64,000 nucleotides of DNA from Dicyema japonicum. Taxonomy: Eukaryota > Animalia > Dicyemida. A program made the position numbers and the translations under genes. Every line of letters begins with the position of its first letter. Position 1 is the first letter of the stretch. The stretch covers positions 1,245,749-1,309,748 of the forward strand of contig RDEW01000014.1 of NCBI GenBank assembly GCA_011109175.1, read 5' to 3'. A model generated the notes under the pieces. It had not been told where the DNA came from. It worked only from the letters and a program-made list of their open reading frames with translations, and did no database searches. Positions 48,050 through 61,340 of this stretch are shown piece after piece.

Positions 48050-49985
48050 GTTAAGCGTATGGATCCGTATTTCGTTAAGACAACCCATGAATAAATTGAT
48101 ATAATGAAAATAATGGAAGAGAAGGGGATCGTCGATCTAATGACAAGACAAAAAATACCGATTAACTCAAAAGTCAAAGAATTTTTTATCCATCAATGGG
48201 AGGTTATACCAGGGGTTCTCAACCTTTTTTTACTCGTTGACCCCTTGACTTTTTTTTCGACCCCTTAAAGCTTTTTTATTTAGAACAGACAACTCTAAGT
48301 AAAATTAGTTAACTATCTAAAATGAATTCATTGTTAATAATCAAAAAAAAAAGTATATACTCAATGTTAAGTTGGCATCTTTGCATAAATCTATAATAAA
48401 AAAAGAATTAATTACCAATGGGATCCCTGTAACTGATGTTTTATTACCAAAGATTCATTATCTGGCTCTATTTGTTTTATTTTTAAACGAATGTCTCCTC
48501 AAATGGACACATCTAATCTGTTTCGTTCTTTATTTACAATTCGATGTAGAATGCTAAATCCGCATTCACACAATATGATGTCGGAAAATAGAGTAGCATT
48601 TGTGCTATTTCTGTCCACTTAATTTTGTTCATGGTTTTAATAACTATATTTAACGTTTCATGTAGAATTGGTGAAAGAGCTTTTGAAACCAAATGTTGTA
48701 TATGTAGGACGCAATGTATATAAATCACATTTGGACATATTTTTTTCAAATATGCCGCAAATCCTTTATATTTTCTAACCATAGACATTGCACCATCTGT
48801 GGCACAAGAAACCAAATTTTCATATGGAATCTTCTTGTCATCCAAAAATAATTTGACTACGGAAAAAATAGAAAATCCAGTCGTATCAGTTTCCAAATAT
48901 TTGACGAATAATAAATCTTCTGTAAGAAGAGCATGATCGTCAAATTATCTTAAAGGGTAAGCTTCTAATAGAATAAACCTGACAAATCCCATTAGAATTG
49001 ATTGGTTGTCACATGTATAACTTTCGTCAATTTGAAGCGAAAAAAATAATATTTTTAAGACTTTCGCATAAATTATGTTCAACATTATCAGACATTTCGT
49101 CAATCCTGCGGCGAATTGAATCATTGCTAATTGGTACGGATTTTAAAATTTCGTCGGGATTTAAACTCGTCAGATCTCATAGAATCACTGATATAGATGG
49201 TTTGATGAGATTTTCATCAGAAACATGGGAACTCTCATTTTTTGCAAAAATCATTGCAATTTTATAAGATGCTATTAGTGCTCCTAAATATAATTTAAAA
49301 TAACAACAACTATTGTTTCTTTCATTACTATTTGCAAAAACAGTGTCAATCATTTTTTGTTTACGAAAAAATCCTTTTAATCTTCAACATACTCTAATGG
49401 TTTATCTTATTTATCCGAATGTTTTCTCCTAAAATGATCCAACAATATGGACGGTTCCATTGCATCATTTGATAATGACTTATTACGCAGTAAGCAATAT
49501 GGTCTATTATCAAAAGAATTTTTTATAAATTTAAATATTCATTTTTATATTGACGAATTTTTATTGTAGAAGGACGACTTATACACGAACAAAAACAATC
49601 ATGGAAAATTTACAAATTTTAAAGACAAAGGTTCACCACTTTAAAAATAAACTAACTTAATTTAAAATAAAAAAATTAAATATGTTAAATTTATTTTCGA
49701 CCCCCTTACGACCGATCTGGATTGATTTTAGACTCCTGGGGGTCGAATAGACCCCAGGTTGAGAACCGCTGGGTTATACCTTAAAGACACAAATGGAAAC
49801 CACAAAATTGTCATCTTCTCTGATAATCATGAAGAGATGGAATTAGTGGCTTCGCAAATTCATCAATTGACCCATTGTTTACACAACACATTGGAACAAT
49901 ATTTACATGAAAGATATTTTTTTGTGAAAAAAGAAATTATTCGGAAATTGGTGTCAGAATGTGACATTCCATGTAAGATCATTAT
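48050..49985 (+). mobile_element. Integrase H2C2 zinc-binding fragment (Ginger/KRBA2-like), split by a hAT insertion
   Basis: Joining across the TSD gives GRLYLKD...QIHQLTHCLHNTLEQYLHERYFFVKKEIIRKLVSECDIPC. Confidence 0.55.
48210..49771 (-). mobile_element. Internally deleted hAT-Buster transposon with both TIRs and a perfect 8-bp TSD
   Basis: TIRs CAGGGGTTCTCAACC / GGTTGAGAACCGCTG; TSD GGTTATAC at 48202-48209 and 49772-49779; CATDGA..M and HCVLH motifs. Confidence 0.95.
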
Positions 49986-50898
49986 GTGCCTGCTTAAACG
50001 TCTAACAAATTCATAGTAGGCTTAACAATCCAAGGAGTCAAGGGATTATCGAACGCTTCAATCAGACAATAACAATCTAAGATGATGTCCGAAAATAAAT
50101 GTTGGACTAAAACATAAAGGAAGCAGTTGGAGTGGAATAATGTATGGAGTGGACATGATGTTAATGGTAATTGATTCAATACACGATAATACAACAAGCG
50201 AAAATTCGACCAAATCGCACATATTGACGGGGTCTTCCGTTCTATATCGGAGTGTATCTCCAACTTCCGGCTTAAGGAATACTCACGGAAGCAGGCCAAA
50301 CTGGCAGTCAGACTCGGAAAACTTGGAATCACAGCTCTATAGACATTTCTTCCCTGTATATTTCTTGTCGCTAATAGCCTGTAACACACTTGTCAAGAAA
50401 ATTCTACACTCCCTCCCTGAATTCTCTCCATACCAGGACGTCGTTCATGCTCACGAGACTTGGAACCGTACCTATTAGTTTTCCCGACCTTCCATGATCA
50501 TTACAAAAACACATATGAAACGCATCAAAAAATAATTAAAGATGAATAATTTTTACATGATCTTAATTTTAAATTAATAAAAAAAACTTTTTTCTAAATA
50601 TCTTTCTAGGAAGCGTTTGCAGCTCTGGGAAATAACCAATGAATCTCATTCCAAAATCGGCCAGATTATTCTCGTAGTTTTTTTAGTTTGGACTTAACGT
50701 TAAAACTCTGGCAGAAGCACTTAGAATTGTTTTTATATATAGTAAATAAATAATTTAACAAAATTATTTTTTTTATTTATATAGTTATATTTAAAGCAAG
50801 TTCTTATCAATTATAATTTAACAAATTCTAAAATTTCATAAAAAATTCTTACTATTACCAACTGTTTACCTGAAAGTCAGAAAGATAGAAAAATTATT

Positions 50899-51046
50899 AC
50901 ATCACTTATGGAAAATGTGATGTAATTTTTGGGGTCCAAACGAAGTAGAGACATGTGGTGTCTCATAAAATGACCCTACACGATGAATACAAACCCACTT
51001 AATTAGTTTTGGTTCAGGTTTTGGTTTCTTAACAGTAATTAGTTTT
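50899..51046 (+). mobile_element. Short 3' terminus of the 9560-family LINE
   Basis: Near-identical to the reverse complement of 9570-9716, including the stem-loop. Confidence 0.85.
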
Positions 51047-51232
51047 NNNNNNNNNNNNNNNNNNNNNNNNNNNNNNNNNNNNNAGAAGAGAGGGCAGCCA
51101 CCGAAAAAACCAGAAGTAGTCAGGATAACCCTGATTAATGCCCGTTCTCTTTGGAAACGGGCCTCAGTGCCGGTTGCTATAGCCAGCACGATCCAGATGG
51201 AAGTTCTAATTATAAACGAAACTAATTTATGG

Positions 51233-51875
51233 AAGATGCCCCAAGGCTGTTGAAGCTAACATTGCGAAGAAAAACAAAATTGAACAAAAAAGGAAAGAAT
51301 CGAATGGAAAATTATTTCTAAAACGAGAAAATGCCCATAATGGAAATGTGAAGTTTCCAAAATTAGAACGAATAAGAAATTAAAGTCAGAGTTTAGAATG
51401 TATGGGCAGACTGGCTGGAATACGACATATAAAAAAAAACCTTCTAAAAAAGAAACAGTAGAAGCTTCAACACAGAAAAGAGAGTGGTGCTCTTAAGAAG
51501 AGAGGGCAGCCACCGAAAAAACCAGAAGTAGTCAGGATAACCCTGGTTAATGCCCGTTCTCTTCGGAAACGGGCCTCAGTGCTGGTTGCTATAGCCAGCA
51601 CGATCCAGATGGAAGTTCTAATTATAAACGAAACTAAATTGAAGCACATGGATTGGATTTAGCATCTGAATTTGATGACGAACACGAAAGAAAAACGAGA
51701 AGAATCGGTGATTTATTACATTGCTTGTGGAAACTCGCATTGTAATTGGGGCTTTTTACGGAGAAGAGACATACGGTGTATCATGAAAGTGCCCCGAAAA
51801 AGACGACCCCAAATCTTGGCTTTCCTCTTTAGTTAATGGCTCTTACCTTGTTTAGTTAGTTGGGGTTTTGCGAAT
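51233..51875 (+). mobile_element. Internally deleted Jockey/I-like LINE (ORF1 end + APE start + 3' end)
   Basis: RCPKAVEANI (as at 4960), then TLVNARSL..IINETK, joined at about 51643 to the GLDLASEFDDE 3' end and stem-loop. Confidence 0.7.
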
Positions 51876-54800
51876 AAATTGTTATCTGTTATCTGCAATG
51901 GTTTGGTCAAATTGTATATATTAATTTGATAAAATTTTTTTTATTTTTTTAATATCAAAAATTTATTAACAATAAAATATTATTTATTAACTATGGGGGA
52001 GAGCGGCTGCTGACATCACGGAGTAAGCGTTTCCGCGAACAACTGCGTTACCAATTCTTTGCCTCAGCCAGACCGCTTCCCGCACGTCTTTCTTGCGGTG
52101 GGCCAATTTTCCCCCGATTTCCTTTAGGAAAGAGGCTGTAATACTTCCAGCCGCACCGGTCTCCAATTTCGCCATATTTTTAATCTTGCTTTTCTCGGCC
52201 AGATCGGCTGCCGACCCAGCAGACTGCGCCGAGCTGAGCATCATCGAGTTTGAGAAAGAATCCACAACAGTGCAGTCCCATACGAGCGATTTTCCCTCAG
52301 TGAACGGAAAGATAGTTAACCCATCCGGTCTTTTCCCATCTCCGCGGTCCAATCCCACAGGTTCCAGTACTGCCGGGAAGCCTGCCGCTTCAAGAGCTCG
52401 CAAGACAATGTTGTTCATAGCAGCATGGCGGGGTGCTCTGCCCGCGCTCCTTTTGCACGAGAGCGGATGCAGCCATTTGGCATCGACGATCCCTCCACAG
52501 CGACATTGGTGTTCGACGCAAACATCAGCTCCCAGGCGTTGTGCGATTCCAATCCGAATACAGTCATCGTCCAATAGGGTCCCCAGGGAGGAATACGGGA
52601 GTGCATCCAGCCACGCTCCGCTCCCATGGTTAACGGCGGACACGAGGCATGCAAGACGATGCTGGTTGGCCTCAGACTTTAACACGTCGAAGATATTCTT
52701 GGAGTAAATATCACATCAGTCACGTTGCCTCAAAGGATCGTTCGGCATATCCAAACCAGTTTCACACCATTCGCAACGAGCTTCATCGAAGACTTTTTCC
52801 GAGAGAATCCGGTTGTAATACATAGGATTTTCTTGGACCAAAAGGCTTCCACTTGAGAGCGATGACACATATGCTGGATAGGCGATCTCCGGCGCCGACC
52901 ACTAGTGTAACGCGTAGCGCCTGTGACATATTATGAAAAAAGTTGTAATACATAGGATTTTCTTGGACCAAAAGGCTTCCACTTGAGAGCGATGACACAT
53001 ATGCTGGATAGGCGATCTCCAGCGCCGACCACTAGTGTAACGCGTAGCGCCTGTGACATATTATGGAAAAAAATTTGTCTTGAGACATAATATTTTGAAT
53101 GAATTAAGGTTTAAGATTTTCTTTCAATAAATAATATAATTATTGAAAAAAATTAATTATTATTTCTTTAATGAGGTGGAACACTTTTATGAATTAACAA
53201 AAATCTATGCTTTGTTTTAATGAAGAGCTAAGTTAATGTTTCAATGATATCTGGGAATGGTATCTTGTTATTCGTCCTTTAGTCACCACCAATTAAATTA
53301 TTCGGCGGTCATTTGGTACTGGTCAGAGGTTGGGTTTGTTTATTACAAATATGGGCAGTTTTCTCCACAAGCAGATTATCCACATGAAGCCCACAAAGTT
53401 CGCACTCCTAAAACCAATTTATATCAACGTGGACCACTTTTTACAGATATGGCTTTACTAGACTACATAAACAAAATCGATGTCGTGCCTCTCTGCTTTC
53501 TAGCAGACTAGAAGACTTGATATTTCTTGTTTCTTTTTTAATTTCTGCTCTACACCAGACATACTTGAGTGCTGAACTGTTCGCTTTTGGTAGTTACCTT
53601 CTTGTCATCCACCAGTTTCCTTCATTTGAAAAGTATATATTAAAAAAGAATTTGGAATTCTGAATGATCGCCTGTTTTGTTTTTATGAAATAATTGACTC
53701 ATCAAATCTACAGTTGAAGCAGTTCTATTAACGGGAGATGCTAACTTTCCTGAAGAAACTTAGAGAATGCAGACTGTTTGAGTTTTATTTGAATAAATGA
53801 ACGTTTACGGATAGTCCTCTCGTTATAATGGCCTCTCAGATTACGCTACCACATTTATCTGAGTAATGTTTGAGGGGGGGGGGGTTGAGCTAACTTGTGA
53901 AATATTGGTCTAATAACTACCACTTTGTTTGCTTTGATTGGGAGGGAATTCTAAAAACTAATGCGATAAATGCTATTAGCACAGTGTCCACAGTCACTGA
54001 GAAGAATATTGTTTTATTCTATTAGTGAGAAGGCCCCGAGAAGATCCCCCCGCCAATAGACGATTTGAAAGAAACTCTTGATTGAGATTTCATAAGAATC
54101 CTATCGCGAATCTGCTCGAGATCCTGGTTAAGGTTACCTTTCCTGACCAATTTGGTGATATTACCAATCAAATCCTATTATTAACGCCAATGATTCCAAA
54201 GGACTTATGGATGCTCACAACATTCTCTCAGGTTGACGCTTGTAGCTGGTCTTATACATGTCAGTGAGGTCGAACTATGGAGGTTCAAAGATTTATGGAA
54301 GATCAATTAATAAATATTCAAATGCCTAAGATATGAGGTCTTCGATAGTGGCTGGATCACTGGTTTTTGAATAAAATAAAAAAGTTCCAATCGGACGTAC
54401 ACAGACTCATAAATGGAGGTGGGGGTAATGTACAGATTCAAACTGGGGCAACAATCGACTGATATTAATAAAAGTAATTTAAAAATTCAGCATATCCTTC
54501 TGTTTCGGGTTTATCTGGAATTTTTTTACGAATGTCCAATTTACGAGCATTCTCCTGGTACGCAAAAATGTCCTCTTCAAGTGGGCTTCCAGAAGACCTA
54601 GCCATTTTTAAGAAGTTATTCTGTCTGTCCGCGAGATGTTCCATCACTTTTGTGACATTTAGTGTATTCAACAGGGGGATGTAATTCTGTTACGTTAGGA
54701 TATATTGTATAATTATAAGAGAAGACTATGGGGCTCTAGCTAAGGTTTTGAGGATCCCTCCTTTTCTGGACTCGAAAAACTAATGTATGCACATGATGCA

Positions 54801-56576
54801 AAACGTCATCAGAGGGTCGAATGTGACTCCACGGATGGAGGGGTTCTTCTTAACGGGGTGAGTTCTCCATTCAAGTTAACTGGTTATAGGAAGAGATAAC
54901 TAGTGTTCGACTTCCCAGGAGATGTGTCCATGCGGTTCTTGAGAAACCAGGATTCCTATAGTCGAGGATCTCTTGAACCCTCTGCGTAGCCTCTTTGTGA
55001 TCACGGTGCCACAATGAGATCTTCGACATGGTGTTTTGAGAGTTTGAAGGTTACTTGTAAATAGATTGACTAGTGCCATTGATAGTGTGAATCTTTGAGG
55101 GACCGGGTTGGGGAGGTATCACAGTTTTGAAAGAATCAATATCCTGTTTGATAACTCCACTACATTGATCTGATTCCTCCACCTTTTCTATATTTTCTGT
55201 CTCTGTGGAAGACGGAATATTCTGGAAAAGATGGAGTCACGTTTTTATGAGTTAGTCTCGCCTTTAGAATTAAGGCAAAATCCAAATTTGATTAAATAAA
55301 ACGTCCTTGAGAGTATAGGATTAGATTTGAATTATTCCAACTCTGCGACAAACAGACAAATATGTAGCTAGTCAGTTTGAGCCCTGGAGAACACGAAGGA
55401 TATAAGTATCTGGGTATTACTGAATCTCCAAAGTCCATTATTATGCCTGATACAAAGCGACAACTGAAGACATTCGTAGAAGAGCAGCGTTATTATGTAA
55501 AACGTCTTTAAATGCAACAGATCTTGGTTTATGATCAGATCTCAGAAAGAGCCAAGTGGAGAAATATCCACACAGGTTACATCGCAGACAATGATTTTTT
55601 CGCAAACTGTCACAAAACCTGTCACAAAGCTCGAGAATACAAATTGATGAAACAATTCTGGGATTCCTTGTCTTTAGATGATGTTCCAGTCCCTGTATAG
55701 CCGCCTCTTTCCAGTATAAAGATATCGATTCGAAACCCGGAAGTACTGTATTCTCATTTAAATTGATCTTCGTTTCGTTGACAATGATTATATCAGCTTC
55801 CTCGGCATTCGCTCAAGGATTCAAGAATCAAAAAAATTCAGGGTGTCGATCCGTAGAGTTTGACATTGGATGACAAAAGAAGTTATGTGCCAATACATTT
55901 AAGTACTCCGACGAGGAATATTCTCAAAAAATTTGGACGCCTGACTCTCTAAGAAGCAACTGTGTTTATATAATCGATCTCCTTGAATATCTTTAGAAAG
56001 ATTTCAGTGACAATTATGTCGATAGGGATCAAAACTATATAAATTAATTGAGATAATGCTCATGTCATTCATAAATCTAAGGAAACCTATCCGTTCTTTA
56101 AAACCTATCATATTTGATTCATTTCCTCATCTGTTTTTAACTGAAATTATTCTTTCAGAGTCAAGAGTAGAGATGTGTGATTCAGTTGTCCAACCAGGAT
56201 ATTATTGAAATCATAATAAATTTGAATTAATTAACACCAATTTAGATCCCAGAAAAAAGAACCGATTAAGTTAGTAAAAAGTAAATTATACAATTGCCAA
56301 GGACATTGTACTTGTCCACAATGGCACTGCAGTCTGAAATAACATTATTAATTACATGTTTCACTAATCTGCTCGATGTTTTCAATAACGAATTTACTTT
56401 GGATCATAGTCAAGCTATTATTTCTGAGATCTATATTTTTTTAAGTAGAGGTTTATGTCTATGATAAATATAATATCATATGCCTCTGCCTTATCGAATG
56501 AATCAATGCAAACGATACCACTATTTTATTATTAAAAATATTATTCTATTTGAACTCTACTGGAACTAATTCTAAA
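51643..56576 (+). repeat. Inverted segmental duplication, copy B
   Basis: Counterpart of 10871-16290; lacks the insertions at 14283, 14838 and 15847. Confidence 0.9.
51985..53048 (-). mobile_element. CRE-clade non-LTR retrotransposon 3' part (CCHC + RLE)
   Basis: ORF 51987-52685: GAWLDALP, CRCG..D...HPLSC, GRAPRH, KRPDG, WDCTVVD, LRQRIGNAVVRGNA. Confidence 0.88.
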
Positions 56577-56724
56577 TGCTTGAAAAACTTTTATGTTTAT
56601 AGGAAAGGAACTACATAAATTAAAAAAATGTACATGAACGGAAATGATGTTAAATTCCCAGCAAAATCGATTGCCACGTATACAAGGGAAATTGCAATTA
56701 TCCATAAACCTATATTTAATAATA

Positions 56725-56890
56725 GGCTGCCGTGAAGACAGCCCACTGGACTCAAACGGAGATATTTTGACTGAATCTGATGTGGAGATGCGGAGTAACA
56801 GGGAGGTTATGGCACACTCTTCTTCTAAGAGAAGAAAAGGGATTACCAACAATCTGGATCAAAATACGCTTAATTAATTAATTAGTTAAT
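56725..56890 (+). mobile_element. R4/Dong-like 3' terminus
   Basis: CREDSPLDSNGDILTESDVEMRSNREV shared with 41900, 47440 and 57150; TTAATTAG tail. Confidence 0.8.
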
Positions 56891-57079
56891 TTATTCGTTT
56901 GAAATATTATATAACAATATCGTAATGGTAGATGGAAAAGTATGTCTGTCTAGATATTTTAAACTATCTTACATACATTCACTATAATAAATAATATTTA
57001 ATACAAAATGATCACATTCAGTTCAATAATAGAAAAATTGCCATGTTCAGATATTATTTAAGACAATAACGAGTAAATC

Positions 57080-59160
57080 TACTAATCAACTAATTAAGCG
57101 TATTTTAATCCAGATTGTTGGTAATCCCTCTTCTTCTCTTAGAAGAAGAATGTGACATAACCTCCCTGTTACTCCGCCTCTCCACATCAGATTCAGTCAA
57201 AATATCTCCGTTAGAGTCCAGTGGGCTGTCTTCACGGCATGCCAGTTCCACAAGTTGGGAGGTAGCAGAGGCGTACTCTTCATCGTATACCCTCATCCTA
57301 TGCTTATGTTCAATGATCATACTTTTGAGCGTTCTCTTCAGAACAACCGATTGGATTTAAGTCTTCGTTGATTCTTCAATAAATAATTTATCCATATAAT
57401 TCTTGAAGCATCTTGAGACAACTCCATCCCATTTCAAAACCACTGGAATAATCTTTACTTGGCATTCATAGAGCAGCCAAAGTTCGTTTGCTAGCAAGTC
57501 ATATTTGTGAAGATTCTCAACTTCAAATTGCTTTAGTCGGTCTTGTGAGGTAATGTCCACTTCTATTAATATTACTTCCTTCTTTGTTTTGTCATACACA
57601 AAAATATAATGTTTATTGTATTGGACTTTTGATTTCTGTAAAAATCGACGTGTCAACTCTAATTTCGATATTTTGATTCGTCAATATTGACTGAACCGAA
57701 TGTCCTTTCAATTTCCTGCTTCTTTTGATTCCATAAATTCGACAAAGATGAAGATGGATGCACTTTACCACTTCATTATGTCTTCGGAGATAATCACTAT
57801 TTAGCATTTTCCACACTGAGTGGCCAAATGATCAACAGTTTTCTTGCTTTTTTACAATGGTTCATAATGACCCTGTGTGTGCAAAAAACAAATTTATCTT
57901 GGAAAAGACAGTACAATGCTTCGCTCCGTGGGCCGTTATTTCCTTTGGATAACCATTCTGAGGAAGTATATAGGTCGACATTTGTTTCATCAATACATTT
58001 GAACATAATTAAGTTCTGCAATAAATTTTATTTAATAAATATTTTTTCTGAGTGTCCTTGAGGGACTTAATATTTATGCTTTCCCTGTCGGCAATTGCAT
58101 ATTTTGAGGCAAGAAATCCTGCGATTGTAGCCAAGTGCCATTTTTTTGTTTTTATTACTCGCAGAATCCCCGACCTTCGCAAACANAATATTCATGCTTT
58201 CCCTGTCGGCAATTGCATATTTTGAGGCAAGAAATCCTGCGATTGTAGCCAAGTGCCATTTTTTTGTTTTTATTACTCGCAGAATCCCCGACCTTCGCAA
58301 ACAAACAGTCGACTGTTTTTTCAAACTTTTAAGAAACTGATAAAGTATTAATTCTCTTTTAAATGAAATCGAGGAAAGTCCTCTACCAAAAGTCTTCCTG
58401 TCAAAATACAGCCTATTTTTATTTGCAGGTTTAAGGTGCAATTTGAATGACGTAAGCAGTTGCTGTATTTGTTGGTCAATATCATCAAATTCGTACGTTC
58501 AATATTAATTAATCCTATATAATAGTTAGGGAAATTGCGTATTCATTTATTGCACGAAATAAGTTCACAGAATTTAACTTTGTTTTTGAAAGCATGGTTA
58601 TTCTTTTCTTAACATTTTCAAGTATGGACTCCATAACTTTGTATTTAAGAACATTACTTCCCTCGTCTTCAAAAACACCCAAATATCGATATCCACTGAC
58701 TCCTTCCAGAGTCTCACAACATGATAACGATTTAACATTAGAAAATGACTTTTCCGAATTCATCTCCAAGCCGGCAACATGAAAGAAATCGCGAACAACT
58801 TTCATCATTTTAATAACGGTATCTTCTTTTAGCCCAAATATATTTAGATCATCAATGAATAACAAATGATTTGTAGAATAAGTCAGTGTATTAGGATCCT
58901 CCAGATTAATTTGGAGTCTAGGGAACATTAAGGTCCTGCTCAAGGGTTCCATTACCATAACAAATAGTTGAGGGGGAAATGAATCTCCTTGCAGAATTCC
59001 ACGTCCCAGTTTTACAGAACCAATTCTTCTTCTATCTAAGTGGAGATTTACAGTCCACTTCTTGACTATAGTCTTTATAAAGTTATTAATCCAACTGGGT
59101 ATTCCTGAATAGTCCAATACATGAAATAAAAATTCATGGACAACAGAATCAAAGGCATAT
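57080..59160 (-). mobile_element. R4/Dong-like RLE non-LTR element (RT + CCHC + RLE), degenerate
   Basis: RGILQGDSF, NHLLFIDD, YRYLG, GRGL, DYLRRHNEVVKCIH, ILIEVDIT...KYDLLANEL. Confidence 0.9.
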
Positions 59161-59164
59161 ATTA

Positions 59165-59710
59165 GAGAAGATATTAAAAATGAAAATAATAAAATTTTTC
59201 ATATTACTTGATATTTTCATTTGCTACAATATTGTACAATGTCAAATATATAATATCAAAATATCCTGCAGTTAAAGACTTAATTGAAAAAATGAACATT
59301 TCTCTTTTTTTAATTAATAAAGTGCAGAGCTACGTTTGATGAGTACAATGTCAAATATATAATATCAAAATATCCTGCATTTAAAGACTTAATTTAAAAA
59401 ATGAACATTTCTCTTTTTTTAATTAACAAAGTGCAGAGCAACGTTTGATGAGATTAAATTATCTCAAGATGTAATAATCATAAATGAAGAGTTTCTTACA
59501 GAGGCATTTTATTATTCGTAAATTCCTTGCAATAAAAGACACAGTGAATAAATTAATTAACAAATCAATAAATCCAATGACTTATTAAAATCTTCTAAAA
59601 TTTCCCGCTGCTTCTATTGCAGTGGAGCAATCTTTCTATCGTTTGTAAAAAAATAGACGTCAAAAGATAAAAATTTCAATGAAAACAATATTGAAAAATA
59701 ATTGAGTAAT
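59165..59710 (+). mobile_element. Possible hAT-like transposase remnant
   Basis: FHIT*YFHLLQYC (CxxH-like) and PAASIAVEQSF...KDKNFNENN (S..ERSFS-like); degenerate. Confidence 0.4.
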
Positions 59711-59719
59711 TATATAGAA

Positions 59720-61340
59720 CTCGTCGTTGGACATCCGTTTTGGCCAGTAGATGCCCAGGAGAATTCTTTGTTGTTTATTTGAAAAGTTTAGTTTCTCCAG
59801 TGATTAGGTGGTTAGGCCCAAGGTATCCGAGTTGTAAACATAATTGATTTGATAGAGGACATTTAAAACCGAATTGAAGGTGAATGCCTATGTACTTTCG
59901 CCGCATCCTGATCGTCCACATTTTCTACACTTTTCCCCGTTTCTCTTCGTGCAACAAGATATACTAGCTTCCTCCTTTTTGTCTGTATTTACTACCATAG
60001 ACCAGTCCTTCAACTTTTAAGAATTACTTAGTATAGTTTTATGCGTATCCCTATCCTTGCAGATGAAATCAATATTGGTGGAATAGAGTACTTCCATAAC
60101 ATTATTGAAACCATTCTTTTCCCAGAGGGAGGGGGGTCTTAGAGTTGTCTCCAGGTATATTATATTAAGACAGTGGCCAGTATCGGTTTTAAATCTTGTA
60201 GAGTTGTGATTTTCAACGCGCACTGATAGCGATGTGTTGGAGAGTAAAAATCTTATCACACGTAATGCATCGTCGTCTAGAATACTTTCTGTACGTGGAT
60301 TAGCTTTTTTTGGTTGATAGAGTCGAAAGCACGAGATGTTTGAGTGAGGTCAATTCCAAGGATTGAGATCTCTTCTTTGTGTTTCTGCCACATTGCACAC
60401 AGCTATATGTGGCTCCATACAACGTCTGCGGTCGACTTTCCAGGTCTGAATCCACTTTGACTTGCGTTCAGGAACTCATTTACAGAGTCTGAAATACGAT
60501 TCAGCGCAACAAGGGAACGTATTTTCCTTATCGTATTCATTAGTGTAATCGGAAATAGACTGTCTAGATTTCCTCTTTCCTTTCCAGTTTTCTGAATTGG
60601 TATCAAGGTGACATTCCCCGCATCAAATTGACTGGGACATTTAAACGTACTGTTCAGGATTGTGCAGATTAATGCAGCCACCTTGTCTTTGCGTATTTCA
60701 AAATTATGCACTCATATTGTCTGGTCCTGTGACTCTGCATTCTTGAGCTTGCCCAAAGCTGAAAAGACTTCATATTGCATGATGTTTTGATTCTCGGAGT
60801 TCCTTCTAATGGTTTTAATTGTTCATTTAGATTTAGTCGTTTTTGTAGAAAGTTGCAATCTTGTTTTCTGTTTTTCGTAGAAAGCTGCAATTTTGTCGTT
60901 GGTTACTACTTTTCTTGTATCAACGAAAACCACGATTCTTTAAGGTCTAGTATTTTGGGATAATTGTTTAACTGTAGGTTACATTCTTGCACCATGTTCG
61001 TATCGTTCAGCGTATTTTGCCTAGTTATCCATTGTATGCCGGTCTAGGTCATTCAATCTTCTTTTTTTATTTGATTCTGTTACCTTCTCTTTTAAGAGAG
61101 TCAGTGAAGCTTGTTGAGTTTGACGACTCAATAAGAGTAGGAATTTCCTTTGGTTTTTTTGCCAATTGTTCGATTTATTTATCCTGAACGACCTAGGATG
61201 ATTTCTCACTACCATCCAGAAGCCTGCCTGATACTGAACGAAATATACTTCCATAACAGCATGGGTGACACATTCGAGTAGACATTTCAAGCAGTTTCGA
61301 TATTTTCTAGCCGTACATTTTACGGGTGTCGCCAGAAGCA
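59720..61340 (-). mobile_element. Degenerate RTE-family LINE
   Basis: LIPIQKTGK...PITLMNTIRK...QSGFRPGKSTADVVWSH, homologous to the 29649 ORF. Confidence 0.8.

Noticed and set aside
51047-51230. Repeat of 51495-51640
   Set aside because: Adjacent to the N-run; scaffolding artefact. Same for the duplicates around n at 58186 and 63540.
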